Below, piece after piece: positions 8,906 to 17,733 of a stretch of 34,309 nt of DNA (its first letter is position 1; each line of letters opens with the position of its first letter). The stretch is from Patescibacteria group bacterium. GTDB lineage: Bacteria; Patescibacteriota; Minisyncoccia; Phycocordibacterales; Phycocordibacteraceae. The translations under genes and the position numbers were made by a program. The stretch is from the NCBI GenBank assembly GCA_038064495.1, contig JBBTSZ010000002.1, positions 413,524 through 447,832 of the forward strand. The letters run 5' to 3'. The notes beneath the pieces were generated by a model. It did not search any database. It saw only the letters and a list, made by a program, of their open reading frames with translations, and was not told where the DNA came from.

Positions 8906-9391
8906 ATGAACAAGCAAGCAAAAAACACTATTTGCCTTTGGTATGAAAAGGACGCGCAATCTGCAGCGGAATTTTATGCCGCTACGTTTCCTGATAGTGA
9001 GGTAACTGGTATGCAGAGAGCCCCTTCTGATTTTCCAGATGGTAAGGAGGGTGATGTACTGACCGTAGAATTCATCGTTTTAGGAATTCCGTGTGTCGCT
9101 ATAAACGGTGGTCCAGCCTTCAAGCAGAGTGAGGCATTTTCATTTGTGATTGCAACGGATACTCAGGAAGAAACGGATCGTTACTGGAATGCAATCGTCG
9201 GGAACGGCGGTCAAGAAAGCCAATGCGGCTGGTGCAAGGACCGCTGGGGGCTCTCCTGGCAAATCACACCACGCGCCCTAACCGATGCTATGGCTGCAGG
9301 AGGCGCAGAGGCAAAGCGTGCCTTTGAGGCAATGATGACGATGAAGAAAATTGATATCGCCGCCATAGAGGCTGCACGTCGCGGCGAATAG
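8906..9391 (+). CDS. VOC family protein (PhnB / 3-demethylubiquinone-9 3-methyltransferase-like)
   Basis: TICLWY..AAEFY, INGGPAFKQSEAFSF, CGWCKDRWGLSWQI, MTMKKIDIA. Confidence 0.92.
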   Translation: MNKQAKNTICLWYEKDAQSAAEFYAATFPDSEVTGMQRAPSDFPDGKEGDVLTVEFIVLGIPCVAINGGPAFKQSEAFSFVIATDTQEETDRYWNAIVGNGGQESQCGWCKDRWGLSWQITPRALTDAMAAGGAEAKRAFEAMMTMKKIDIAAIEAARRGE

Positions 9392-9397
9392 ATCGTC

Positions 9398-9516
9398 GTG
9401 ACCCTACGGGAAGGTTCGCTTCGCTCTCGCATCGGTCACCCATAAGGCATTCGACTCCCCGTAGGGACTACAAACTGCAGCGGCCGTGAAGCTTATCCTT
9501 CACGCCTGGCACCTTT
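9398..9516 (-). repeat. tRNA-Glu 3'-end duplication (direct copy 9398-9410, inverted copy 9450-9466)
   Basis: GTGACCCTACGGG equals 9517-9529; TTCGACTCCCCGTAGGG is the exact reverse complement of 9521-9537. Confidence 0.85.
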
Positions 9517-9517
9517 G

Positions 9518-9589
9518 TGACCCTACGGGGAGTCGAACCCCGCTTCCATCCTTGAGAAGGATGTGTCCTAACCGATAGACGATAGGGCC
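9518..9589 (-). tRNA. tRNA-Glu(CTC)
   Basis: GGCCCTA/TAGGGTC acceptor, CATCC-TTCTCAA-GGATG anticodon arm, GGTTCGACT T-loop; CCA not encoded. Confidence 0.96.
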
Positions 9590-9608
9590 GTCCGTGCTTT
9601 ATAACAGA

Positions 9609-10898
9609 TTACCGACGCTTCTTCCACTCTTTTTCCTGACGAACGAGCTTGTGCGTATCTTTTTTATCATGTAACAGTACCTCGGTAACGCGCTCCATAC
9701 GCATGCCTTGTGAACCCTTTATCAGTACGACATCCCCTTCTTCAAGGAATTCATGAAGAAAAGCTGCAGCCTCCACTGCACTGTCAAAACTGTGTACGAG
9801 AGCTTCGGCGAGACCATTTTGACGTGCTGCTTCCGCAGTTGCACGCGAGCGTATTCCGACCGTCACAAGAATATCTGCATGCTTGGCGGCAAGAGCGCCT
9901 ATCTTTTCATGTTCAGCAATGGAATAACGACCGAGCTCAAGCATATCCCCGAGTGCGGCAATCTTGCGACCCTTGGTTGGTAGGGTATCAAGTGAAGCGA
10001 GCGCTTCTTCAGCTGCTGCCGGGGATGAATTGTAACTATCATCAATGAGCGTTGTTTCCTTCATACCATGCAGGAGTCGTGAGCGACCAGACGGTGGTAC
10101 GTAGTGTGAAAGTCCGGTAAGCGCTCGTGAGAAGGTGCTGCCGAGACGAAGTGCGGTCGCGAGTGCGGCTGCTGGTGCAAGGAGTTGGTGACGGCCAAGT
10201 GCTCCTCTGACTTTTAATTCCTTAGATTCCTTCCCTACCCGTACGATCGCTTTCATACCTACCGTGCGCATACCCTCAAGCATAATTTCTGGATTTGAAA
10301 TATGGACGTCAGCGTTCTCCGCAAATCCAAAGGTAGTCATGGAAGCGAGCGTCTTTTTACCCATGGAAAGTGCGTATTCGTTATTGGACGCGAGAATCAA
10401 GGGAGCTCCCGGTGGAAGTGAAAACGCTGGAAGAAACTCTTCGGCACGAACGGCGTCCGTACTGGCATACGCTTCCACATGCACGGGTACTCGTGGAAGA
10501 CGGGTAACCACAACCGCGTCAGGTGTTCCGATTTGCAGTATCTTCGTCAAATCACCCGGACGGTCCGCTCCCACTTCAAGCACGAGAATACGCGGATACT
10601 CCTGGCGTACAAGAAGCAAGCTTAGTGCCTTATAAAAGACTTTTACCCACGCAATACCATTATTCCAAGGGTTTTTTGCACCAATGATGGTGAGTGGTAC
10701 CCCAAACTCACTATTAAAACTTTTCTCACTTGCACGGACTTTCTTCTCTGAGGAAAGCGCTGCGGCAACCGCATCTTTCGTGCTTGTCTTTCCGACACTG
10801 CCGGTGACCATCACAATGGTTGGCTTGTAGGTATGTAAAACGGCTCGTGCGAAGCGAGCAAGAAGCGATGCGACGAAGCTGCGAGAATAGTGTTTCAT
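9609..10898 (-). CDS. murF: UDP-N-acetylmuramoyl-tripeptide--D-alanyl-D-alanine ligase
   Basis: VTGSVGKTSTK P-loop, NSEFGVPLT, IDDSYNSSP, LGDMLELG, LIKGSQG. Confidence 0.93.
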   Translation of the reverse strand: MKHYSRSFVASLLARFARAVLHTYKPTIVMVTGSVGKTSTKDAVAAALSSEKKVRASEKSFNSEFGVPLTIIGAKNPWNNGIAWVKVFYKALSLLLVRQEYPRILVLEVGADRPGDLTKILQIGTPDAVVVTRLPRVPVHVEAYASTDAVRAEEFLPAFSLPPGAPLILASNNEYALSMGKKTLASMTTFGFAENADVHISNPEIMLEGMRTVGMKAIVRVGKESKELKVRGALGRHQLLAPAAALATALRLGSTFSRALTGLSHYVPPSGRSRLLHGMKETTLIDDSYNSSPAAAEEALASLDTLPTKGRKIAALGDMLELGRYSIAEHEKIGALAAKHADILVTVGIRSRATAEAARQNGLAEALVHSFDSAVEAAAFLHEFLEEGDVVLIKGSQGMRMERVTEVLLHDKKDTHKLVRQEKEWKKRR

Positions 10899-10901
10899 TG
10901 G

Positions 10902-12629
10902 TTAAGATGCAGGTGCTCGGTCAGGCGGAATGGCGTAGTAATTGATGAGGAAATGCGTCATTTCCATAAATGGTTCAGTGAGGGTTTCTGACGCATACTG
11001 CACGCCCTGTGGCTGTTTGGTGTACAAAAGAATAATGTACTTCGCGTCATACGCTGGGAAGTAGCCAAAGAACGAGTGGAAATAGAGCCCCTTGGCGTAC
11101 TTCCCACCCGGGCCTGCTATCTGAGCGGTACCGGTTTTTGCGGCGACGCTCATTTCTGGAATCTTCACCATACCGTTTGCGAGCTTCTTATCCACCACCT
11201 CAACGAGCATACGAGTGGTTTGCTCAGTAGCGACCTCAGAGAACACACGCTCTTCCTTACCCCAGGAAAGCGGTTTTACAATACCATTTTCAAGACGCTT
11301 TGCCCGAACCAGGTGTGGCGTCACCACCGAGCCATGATTTGCGAGCGCGCCGAGTGCTTTTACCATCTGCATCGGACTTTCTGCCATACCCTGACCGAAG
11401 GAAGCTGTGTCGTACTCAATATCACGTGGACTGGTTTGAATGTTTCTGATGTCTCCTGCCACTTCGTTTGGTAAGTCAGTTCCCGTTTCCGTTCCAAAGC
11501 CAAGCTTTTCAAAATACGTCCGGAAGCGTTCATGCCCCAAGCGCGTTGCGATATAAGCCGCACCAATGTTGAGTGATTGCGACAAAATCTGCTGCATCGG
11601 CGTTCCTGGTCCACGTGGCTTCAAGTCGTAGTTACAGAAGGTCTGTGTGTTCACCGTCGCACACCCCGTATCGTTATAGGTAGACTGTGGCGTGATGACA
11701 CCCGCATCAAGACCAGCCGCCATCGTGAGCGGTTTCATAATTGAACCGAATTCATACTGGTGCTCCACGAGTGGATTACCGAAATGATTCGGGTCCTCAT
11801 GCGCAAAGTCATTCGCGTCAAAAGACGGTGCAGTATCAAGCGCGATAATTTCTCCTGTTGCAGGAATCATGATGATGCCTCCGGTCTCCCGACTACCATA
11901 GTGCGCGTTTACCCGTGCGAGTACCTGGTCTAATTTCTCCTGCACCACCGGGTCTATGGAGGTGATGAGATCGCCTTCACGGGAGGCCCGCGCATCCACG
12001 ACCACGTTATCAAGGTTCGCAAAGAGTTCTGCGAAGAAATTCCCAAAGAGTCCGACCGCACTCCGGTCTAAGACATCATTGTAATAGCGTTCAAGTCCAA
12101 TTCTGCCCTCAAGCGTATTGTCGTTATCAAACGCAACAAACCCGACCGACTGAGCAGCCTGCCGGCCGGCCGGATAGCTCCGCCAGCGTTCGCGCGTCAC
12201 GGACACACCAGCGAGTTTGTCAGCATCTATGGCGCGACCGATGTCCTCCGGCACTCTACGTGCTACCACCTCGTACGGGTCCTCTTTCTTTGCTACCGAA
12301 GCGAGAAACGCCTCCTTTTCTATCGGAAATCGTCCGTTCAATTTCTCGTATTCTCGTTCTGGGTCAGTAATCTTTGCGGGTTGTATGGAAACCGTAAAGC
12401 CTGTGGAGAGTGTTGCAGCAGAAATGAGCGTGCCGTCCTTACGTGTGAAGAAGATGCTACCTCGGTCATACAGTTCCTGGCTTGAGCTTATGTACTGACG
12501 GTCGGCACGAAGCGAGTAATCTCGCCCGTGCACAATCTGGAGCAAGTAGAGCTGTGCTATGAGGAGAAGCGCGACTCCTAGAATAATGGTGGTAAGGACG
12601 CGGAGTCGCAGCCTGACCTCCCTTCGCAT
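10902..12629 (-). CDS. ftsI: Class B penicillin-binding protein, FtsI/PBP3-like
   Basis: N-terminal TM; GSIMK (SxxK), SLN (SxN), KTGT; position in mraZ-rsmH cluster. Confidence 0.88.
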   Translation of the reverse strand: MRREVRLRLRVLTTIILGVALLLIAQLYLLQIVHGRDYSLRADRQYISSSQELYDRGSIFFTRKDGTLISAATLSTGFTVSIQPAKITDPEREYEKLNGRFPIEKEAFLASVAKKEDPYEVVARRVPEDIGRAIDADKLAGVSVTRERWRSYPAGRQAAQSVGFVAFDNDNTLEGRIGLERYYNDVLDRSAVGLFGNFFAELFANLDNVVVDARASREGDLITSIDPVVQEKLDQVLARVNAHYGSRETGGIIMIPATGEIIALDTAPSFDANDFAHEDPNHFGNPLVEHQYEFGSIMKPLTMAAGLDAGVITPQSTYNDTGCATVNTQTFCNYDLKPRGPGTPMQQILSQSLNIGAAYIATRLGHERFRTYFEKLGFGTETGTDLPNEVAGDIRNIQTSPRDIEYDTASFGQGMAESPMQMVKALGALANHGSVVTPHLVRAKRLENGIVKPLSWGKEERVFSEVATEQTTRMLVEVVDKKLANGMVKIPEMSVAAKTGTAQIAGPGGKYAKGLYFHSFFGYFPAYDAKYIILLYTKQPQGVQYASETLTEPFMEMTHFLINYYAIPPDRAPAS

Positions 12630-12630
12630 A

Positions 12631-12990
12631 TTAGTTCGCTAGACTAAGTCCAATGGATGGACGAGCCTCGGTGTAGGTAACCGCGGTTGGGTATACAAGG
12701 CCCGTTGCATGCGGGTCCATGGCGTTCAATTTAGCAACGGAAGAATAGTAGGTTGTTTCAAGAGTCGCAATGGTTCCTTCGGTCTCGTGTACGCTCGCCC
12801 GAAGTGAGGTCTGTAGGGTTGCTTCCACAACAGTCGTAATCATGAGTCCTACATAGAGCACCGCGAGTACGCCTGCCAAGTACGAAAGGGTTGTAATGGT
12901 AGAGTCCGGCATCGCAGGCAGGGTGATGGCTCCCTGACTTCGGCGTCGGGTGGTGTGAGTGGATTTACGCATATACTTTTTCGTTGACAT
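12631..12990 (-). CDS. Bitopic membrane protein in ftsL position (FtsL-like)
   Basis: Basic N-terminus, one TM, coiled segment; lies between rsmH and ftsI (function from synteny only). Confidence 0.55.
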   Translation of the reverse strand: MSTKKYMRKSTHTTRRRSQGAITLPAMPDSTITTLSYLAGVLAVLYVGLMITTVVEATLQTSLRASVHETEGTIATLETTYYSSVAKLNAMDPHATGLVYPTAVTYTEARPSIGLSLAN

Positions 12991-13915
12991 CGTTCATAAG
13001 ACACACCCCTTCCCCACTGCAACGCTCAAACACCCGGAGCTTGGCGCTTCTGGCACGTGGGTTCGCCGTTAGTTCAGCGGTGGACGGTACCGTCGGTTTC
13101 CGGGTGATGTTCGTACCCGTGCCTGCGTAGGCAGCATCTTTCAAGAGGCCTTTCACGATGCGGTCTTCAATGCTGTGGAAGGTGATGACCGCAACACGCC
13201 CTCCTTCGGTGAGGTGGGCAAGCGCAGCGCTCACGCCCGCGCGGAGTGCACCAAGCTCATCATTCGTGGCAATACGAAGCGCCTGAAATGTCTTGGTCGC
13301 TGGGTGCAGACGACGGTGCTGGTACCAGGAAGGGGTACCGCGCGAGACTGCTTCAGCAAGTGCGAGCGTGGTGAGGATACGATGCTGTTTACGAGTCTCC
13401 ACAATAGAGCTTGCAATACCACGGGAAAAACGCTCCTCTCCGTACTGGTAAATGAGATCGGCGAGCTCGTCCTCGGGAAGTGAGTTCACGAGGTCAGCGG
13501 CGGTCTTTCCTTCTTCAGGCTCGCCGTAGGTCATCAAAAGTGGTTCGTCAGTACGGAACGAAAAGCCACGACCGCTCGCAAGTTGGAAACCGCTCCAGCC
13601 AAGGTCAAAAAGGGCACCATCAATACAGCTCAAGTTCAGGTTTTTTAAAATCTGCTCAAGATTACGGAAATTATCCTTCACCAGGTGTACGGTGGGACCT
13701 TTGTCGCCAAGTTCGTCCACGACTGCCTGCGCACGGGCAATTGCCGCCTCATCAGCATCAATACCAATCAGGGTGCCAGAAGTACCAAGTGCAATAGCGA
13801 TTTCACGGAAGTGCCCTGCAGCGCCAAGCGTCGCGTCCACAATGACCATCCCCGGCGTAATAGAAAGCGCCTCGACGGATTCATGAAGGAGTACGGTGTC
13901 GTGGCGTGGTTCCAT
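12965..13915 (-). CDS. rsmH: 16S rRNA m4C1402 methyltransferase
   Basis: HDTVLL, VDATLGAAGH, RGFSF, HPATKTFQALRI, FHSIEDRIVK, NPRARSAKLR. Confidence 0.97.
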   Translation of the reverse strand: MEPRHDTVLLHESVEALSITPGMVIVDATLGAAGHFREIAIALGTSGTLIGIDADEAAIARAQAVVDELGDKGPTVHLVKDNFRNLEQILKNLNLSCIDGALFDLGWSGFQLASGRGFSFRTDEPLLMTYGEPEEGKTAADLVNSLPEDELADLIYQYGEERFSRGIASSIVETRKQHRILTTLALAEAVSRGTPSWYQHRRLHPATKTFQALRIATNDELGALRAGVSAALAHLTEGGRVAVITFHSIEDRIVKGLLKDAAYAGTGTNITRKPTVPSTAELTANPRARSAKLRVFERCSGEGVCLMNDVNEKVYA

Positions 13916-13920
13916 AGCTG

Positions 13921-14355
13921 TTATAGCGGCACGCCTGTGCCGAGACTTTCTGCGTACATATCCGCATCGCGTTCAATGGCTTTAGTGTAGGTAGTCCAAG
14001 ACTTTTCATCCCACACTTCAACGCGGTCGTTCACACCCGCAACGACACTCTTCTCTTTGAGTGCGGCAAATGACTTTAGATAATCAGGTATCAAAATGCG
14101 GCCGGCAGAATCAACATCCGCTTCAACCGCTCCCGCGAGCAAGAGACGGGCGAGACCGCGCCCGGCAGCGTTACCCATGGAATGACTCGCGATACGCTCA
14201 GACTGCTTTTTCCACGCAGCCTTCGGGTACACGAACAAACACTTATCAAATCCTCGCGTAACCACGACAGAACCACCGAGCTCCTTACGGAACTTAGCAG
14301 GAAGCGAGATTCGATTCTTGCTATCAAACGTATGACGGTATTCGCCGATAAACAT
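13921..14355 (-). CDS. mraZ: Transcriptional regulator MraZ
   Basis: MFIGEYRHTFDSKNRISLPAKFR and DSAGRILIP repeats. Confidence 0.97.
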   Translation of the reverse strand: MFIGEYRHTFDSKNRISLPAKFRKELGGSVVVTRGFDKCLFVYPKAAWKKQSERIASHSMGNAAGRGLARLLLAGAVEADVDSAGRILIPDYLKSFAALKEKSVVAGVNDRVEVWDEKSWTTYTKAIERDADMYAESLGTGVPL

Positions 14356-14393
14356 AAGAAATATAGGAAGCGAAATGAAGCGAAGTGGCAGCT

Positions 14394-14460
14394 CCCACTT
14401 CATCCCACTAGTATTGAATTATATGACACTTCATCCCACCAGGACCCCTGTTATCCCCAC
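14394..14460 (-). promoter_or_regulatory. mraZ promoter with MraZ-binding GTGGG repeats
   Basis: Minus-strand GTGGG at 14394, 14404, 14435 and 14456; 13-mer GTGGGATGAAGTG twice; TATAAT at 14418-14423. Confidence 0.7.
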
Positions 14461-14497
14461 ACAAAAACCGCCCGGAAGGGCGGTTTTTGTGTGGGGA
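14454..14497 (-). terminator. Long hairpin terminator after greA
   Basis: 20-bp perfect stem TCCCCACACAAAAACCGCCC-GGAA-GGGCGGTTTTTGTGTGGGGA. Confidence 0.75.
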
Positions 14498-14524
14498 CGA
14501 GTCCCCTACGAATCTGTAAAATCG

Positions 14525-14995
14525 CTAAGCTACCTTCTCTATTGAATAGGATTGTTTGCCGTTCGGCGTCTCAAACGTAAACTGCTCTCCCTTCTTCTTT
14601 CCCATGATGGCAGCACCAAGGGGTGAGACGTGTGAGAGTTTGTGAGCGCGCATATCAGCTTCTTCCGAGCCGACAATGGTGTACTCATGCTTCTCGTCAC
14701 TTCCCTCTTTCTTAATAACGACGGATGAACCGAATCCGACAATATCTTTTTTCTTACCGTCGGTAAGAATATGGGCACGCTTCACGAGCTCCTCAAGCTT
14801 ACGGATACGCTCTTCGGTTGCGGCCTGTAGTTCTCGTGCTTCCTGGTACTCGGCGTTCTCTGAAAGGTCTCCGAGTGAACGAGCATACTCAAGATTCTTC
14901 GCAATTTCTGTTCTGCGAACGGTCTTAAGATTCTCAAGCTCGTGAAGCATCTCATCGAACTTCTCTTGGCTGACTACAGTATCCTCTACGCTCAT
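14525..14995 (-). CDS. greA: Transcription elongation factor GreA
   Basis: ARSLGDLSENAEY, YTIVGSEEAD, SPLGAAIMG. Confidence 0.97.
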   Translation of the reverse strand: MSVEDTVVSQEKFDEMLHELENLKTVRRTEIAKNLEYARSLGDLSENAEYQEARELQAATEERIRKLEELVKRAHILTDGKKKDIVGFGSSVVIKKEGSDEKHEYTIVGSEEADMRAHKLSHVSPLGAAIMGKKKGEQFTFETPNGKQSYSIEKVA

Positions 14996-15073
14996 GATTT
15001 ATTGTTATGGGTTGTCGCTATTTTACGGGCTTACAGCAATGCGTCAACTAATCGCCCGTCTGGAGTATCAAAT

Positions 15074-15101
15074 AAAACCCCGCGCTGATAACAGCGCGGG
15101 G
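15074..15101 (-). terminator. GC-rich hairpin after the DGR-target-like gene (terminator and/or DGR stem-loop)
   Basis: Minus strand CCCCGCGCTG-TTAT-CAGCGCGGGG followed by TTTT. Confidence 0.7.
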
Positions 15102-15154
15102 CCCAAAGGACCAGAGTATCAAGGACCGAAGGTCCGAGGTTCAATGTTCCAAGT

Positions 15155-15724
15155 TCAACTTGCACGCAACGCCGCGAGGTAGGAGCCGCGCCAGCCGTCG
15201 TCGAGCCAGCGGTCGCCCCAGAGCCACCCGTCGCCGCTCCAGTAGAGGTAACGGACGAAAAGGTTGCCTCGCGAGTCGCGGTACACCGTACCCCAGAAGA
15301 AGACGTACTTGCCTTTCCACTCCTGGGGGATGAGGTGCGGATTGGCGAGCAGATAGTCGAGGACGCAGGCATTGAAGGGGACCTTCTTCGCCATCTCCTT
15401 GCGGAGCTTGTTGCCTTCGAGTATCTTGCCGTTCTTTTGGCCGTTCGCGAGCCAGAGCTCGACCTTCGAGGCGTCCCATTCAAATGAGCCGCTCTTCTGG
15501 TGTTCTTCGACGGACCAGCCGTCGGGAACGAACGGGTCAGCGTCGCAGTCGATGACGTGCGCGATGACTTCGATTGAGGCGTGGCCGAGACGGACCTTTC
15601 GCAACTGCGAGAGGGTGCTTCCCTCACACAACCACTTCAGGTCTTCAGGCGAGAACCCTTCACGGCGACAGGCCAGTTTGAGTTCGTTGGCTTGTCCAAC
15701 GTCGAGCATATCCATACTGCTCAT
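15155..15724 (-). CDS. Probable DGR variable (target) protein, 189 aa
   Basis: ATG 15724 with AGAGG RBS; C-terminus VRYLYWSGDGWLWGDRWLDDGWRGSYLAALRAS has a Trp scaffold with NNC codons; downstream hairpin. No RT or TR in window. Confidence 0.65.
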   Translation of the reverse strand: MSSMDMLDVGQANELKLACRREGFSPEDLKWLCEGSTLSQLRKVRLGHASIEVIAHVIDCDADPFVPDGWSVEEHQKSGSFEWDASKVELWLANGQKNGKILEGNKLRKEMAKKVPFNACVLDYLLANPHLIPQEWKGKYVFFWGTVYRDSRGNLFVRYLYWSGDGWLWGDRWLDDGWRGSYLAALRAS

Positions 15725-15883
15725 AGTTGTATCCTCTATGTTTGCGACAATGTTTCTCTCGAAACGGCGTCGCGTGCCAGCGGGCTCCCTCGTCGTGAGG
15801 ATTTGCCATAGCAGAGAATGGCCCATAAATAAGCCGCTTTCTGCTATGGCAAACGAGTTCAACGTATCAAAGAACTATCTAAC

Positions 15884-15913
15884 GTTATACATCACAAATA
15901 GTGTATATGTCAA
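15884..15913 (-). promoter_or_regulatory. Sigma70 promoter carrying shared ATACACTATTT motif
   Basis: Minus strand TTGACA-TATACACTATTTGTGATG-TATAAC. Confidence 0.65.
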
Positions 15914-15928
15914 TAATCAGGTTGCTCT

Positions 15929-16053
15929 GACGACTGCTGAAAAGTCTTCAGATGCTAGGCACGAGTGAGGAGCGAAATGAGCTGTACGTGCTGGTACGGT
16001 GAATAAGCACCAGAGCGAGAAACAACACAGATGGATACTTTTCAGCAGTCGTC
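15929..16053. repeat. ~124-bp palindromic intergenic repeat, copy 2
   Basis: 17-bp perfect terminal IR GACGACTGCTGAAAAGT / ACTTTTCAGCAGTCGTC; same core as copies 1 and 3. Confidence 0.82.
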
Positions 16054-17733
16054 CTATTTAAAATATTCGGGGGCTGTCGCATGCAACGCCGAAAGTGCAT
16101 GGTGAATTGCGTAAATGCCACCAATAGAGTTCCCTGACGGTCCGTGTTCCATCACAATCACGTAGACATATTTCGGATGCTCATAGGGGAAGAAGCCCAC
16201 AGCCCAGGAATTATAATACTCATTATGAAAACCAAGCTGGGCGGTTCCCGTCTTCCCTGCCACGTGCACGAACGACAAATCAGAAAGGCCAATTGAGGTT
16301 CCTTCGGTTGCACCAAGGCGCATCCCTTCCCGCACCACTTGGAGCGCACTTGGTGAGACCGCAATGGATTCTCCAATTGGTGCCCGTCCGGAAAGAATCG
16401 TTGGCTTCATAAGCTTGCCGCCGTTAGCAACTGCTGCAATGGCTCGCGCTGCTTCTATGGGTGTAATCTGCATCGCGTACTGACCAATGGCGGTGTGGTA
16501 GGTGTCACCAATGCGCCAGGGCTCGTTCAGTGTTTTCTTTTTCCATGCGGGGTCTGGAATAAATCCGGTTGCTTCGCGCGAGAGCTCAATGCCAGTTGGC
16601 TTTGCAAAGCCGAATGCTTCAAACCAATATTTCAGTCGTTCAATACCGAGGCCCTTTACGGCACCGAACCCACCACCGACAGAATAGAAGAACACGTCAG
16701 ACGACCAGGCGATGGCATGACGGGTATCCATCAATCCAAGCGCTTTCCAGTCTCGGAAAATTGAAGGGTGCTTCGGGTCGTACGGATTTGGAATAGAGAT
16801 AAAACCACTGGAATACACGCTGGTCTCAGGGGTAATAACACCGTCTGTGAGGGCTCCAGCTGCCTCAAGAGGCTTCACAATGGAGCCGGGAGTATAGAGA
16901 CCAGAGACAGCCCTATCAAGGTACGGTTGACGCGAATCCTTTGAGTAGCCGGCAATCACGTCAGAGGGTCCACCAGCGGACAAAATGTTCGGGTTGTATT
17001 CCGGATACGATACCAGCGCATGTATCTCACCGGTTTCAACATCCATCAAAATTCCAGATCCGCCCTGGAACGGAATCTTGTCTGCAAGTTCTGAAATAGC
17101 GTCATAGAATGCTTTCTGTGCACGCGCATCAATGGCAAGTGAAAGATTCTGACCGTTCACGGGAGGTGCCACCATACCCTCGGAACGTGTGGTGCCGTGC
17201 GCATCTTCTTCTACGAGGAGCGTGCCGTTCTTCCCCGCAAGACTGTCGTTAAAGGCTCCCTCAATACCCGCCAGTCCCGTGATGTCCGTATCGTAGTAAT
17301 GACCAGAGGAGTCCTTTCGTGGGTAGGACACGTACCCAAGGAGGTGCGCAAAACCCGGTGATTGATAGACACGCTTCACCCCACCGTCCTCGGTTGCTTC
17401 ATTACTTACGAGTACCGTACCGTTTCGGTCCAGTATGGCTCCACGCTGGGCAAACAAAATACCAGGTCGAAGACGATTCTTTTCACTTTGGGAGGCGTAG
17501 ACGTCACCATGAATAATCTCCAGGTTTGCTGCTTGAGCAACGAGTGCGATGAGCGCAACGATAAGGGTGAGCGAAAGACCGAGAAATGCATTTTGTGAAA
17601 TTGGTCGCTCAAGGCGACCCTCAAGGCGACCTCGGTCAAAGTCGGGAATGTTTGAGGCGTCCAAAAAAATCTCATCCGGAGCAAGTTCTGCGTCCCGTCT
17701 ACGACGTCTTTTGAAGCCTAAAAAACCTCTCAT
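16054..17733 (-). CDS. mrdA: Penicillin-binding protein 2 (class B)
   Basis: TM; PGSIVK, SSDVFFY, AIGQ, GKTGTAQ; follows mreB-mreC. Confidence 0.88.
   Translation of the reverse strand: MRGFLGFKRRRRRDAELAPDEIFLDASNIPDFDRGRLEGRLERPISQNAFLGLSLTLIVALIALVAQAANLEIIHGDVYASQSEKNRLRPGILFAQRGAILDRNGTVLVSNEATEDGGVKRVYQSPGFAHLLGYVSYPRKDSSGHYYDTDITGLAGIEGAFNDSLAGKNGTLLVEEDAHGTTRSEGMVAPPVNGQNLSLAIDARAQKAFYDAISELADKIPFQGGSGILMDVETGEIHALVSYPEYNPNILSAGGPSDVIAGYSKDSRQPYLDRAVSGLYTPGSIVKPLEAAGALTDGVITPETSVYSSGFISIPNPYDPKHPSIFRDWKALGLMDTRHAIAWSSDVFFYSVGGGFGAVKGLGIERLKYWFEAFGFAKPTGIELSREATGFIPDPAWKKKTLNEPWRIGDTYHTAIGQYAMQITPIEAARAIAAVANGGKLMKPTILSGRAPIGESIAVSPSALQVVREGMRLGATEGTSIGLSDLSFVHVAGKTGTAQLGFHNEYYNSWAVGFFPYEHPKYVYVIVMEHGPSGNSIGGIYAIHHALSALHATAPEYFK

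Noticed and set aside
14394-14460. GTGGG repeats as a novel element
   Set aside because: Explained by known MraZ autoregulatory boxes.
15031-15968. Alternative ORFs overlapping the DGR-target-like gene (198, 112 and 198 aa)
   Set aside because: Ser/Arg/Thr-rich shadow frames of a GC-rich gene with no RBS; the real frame has an SD, promoter and terminator.
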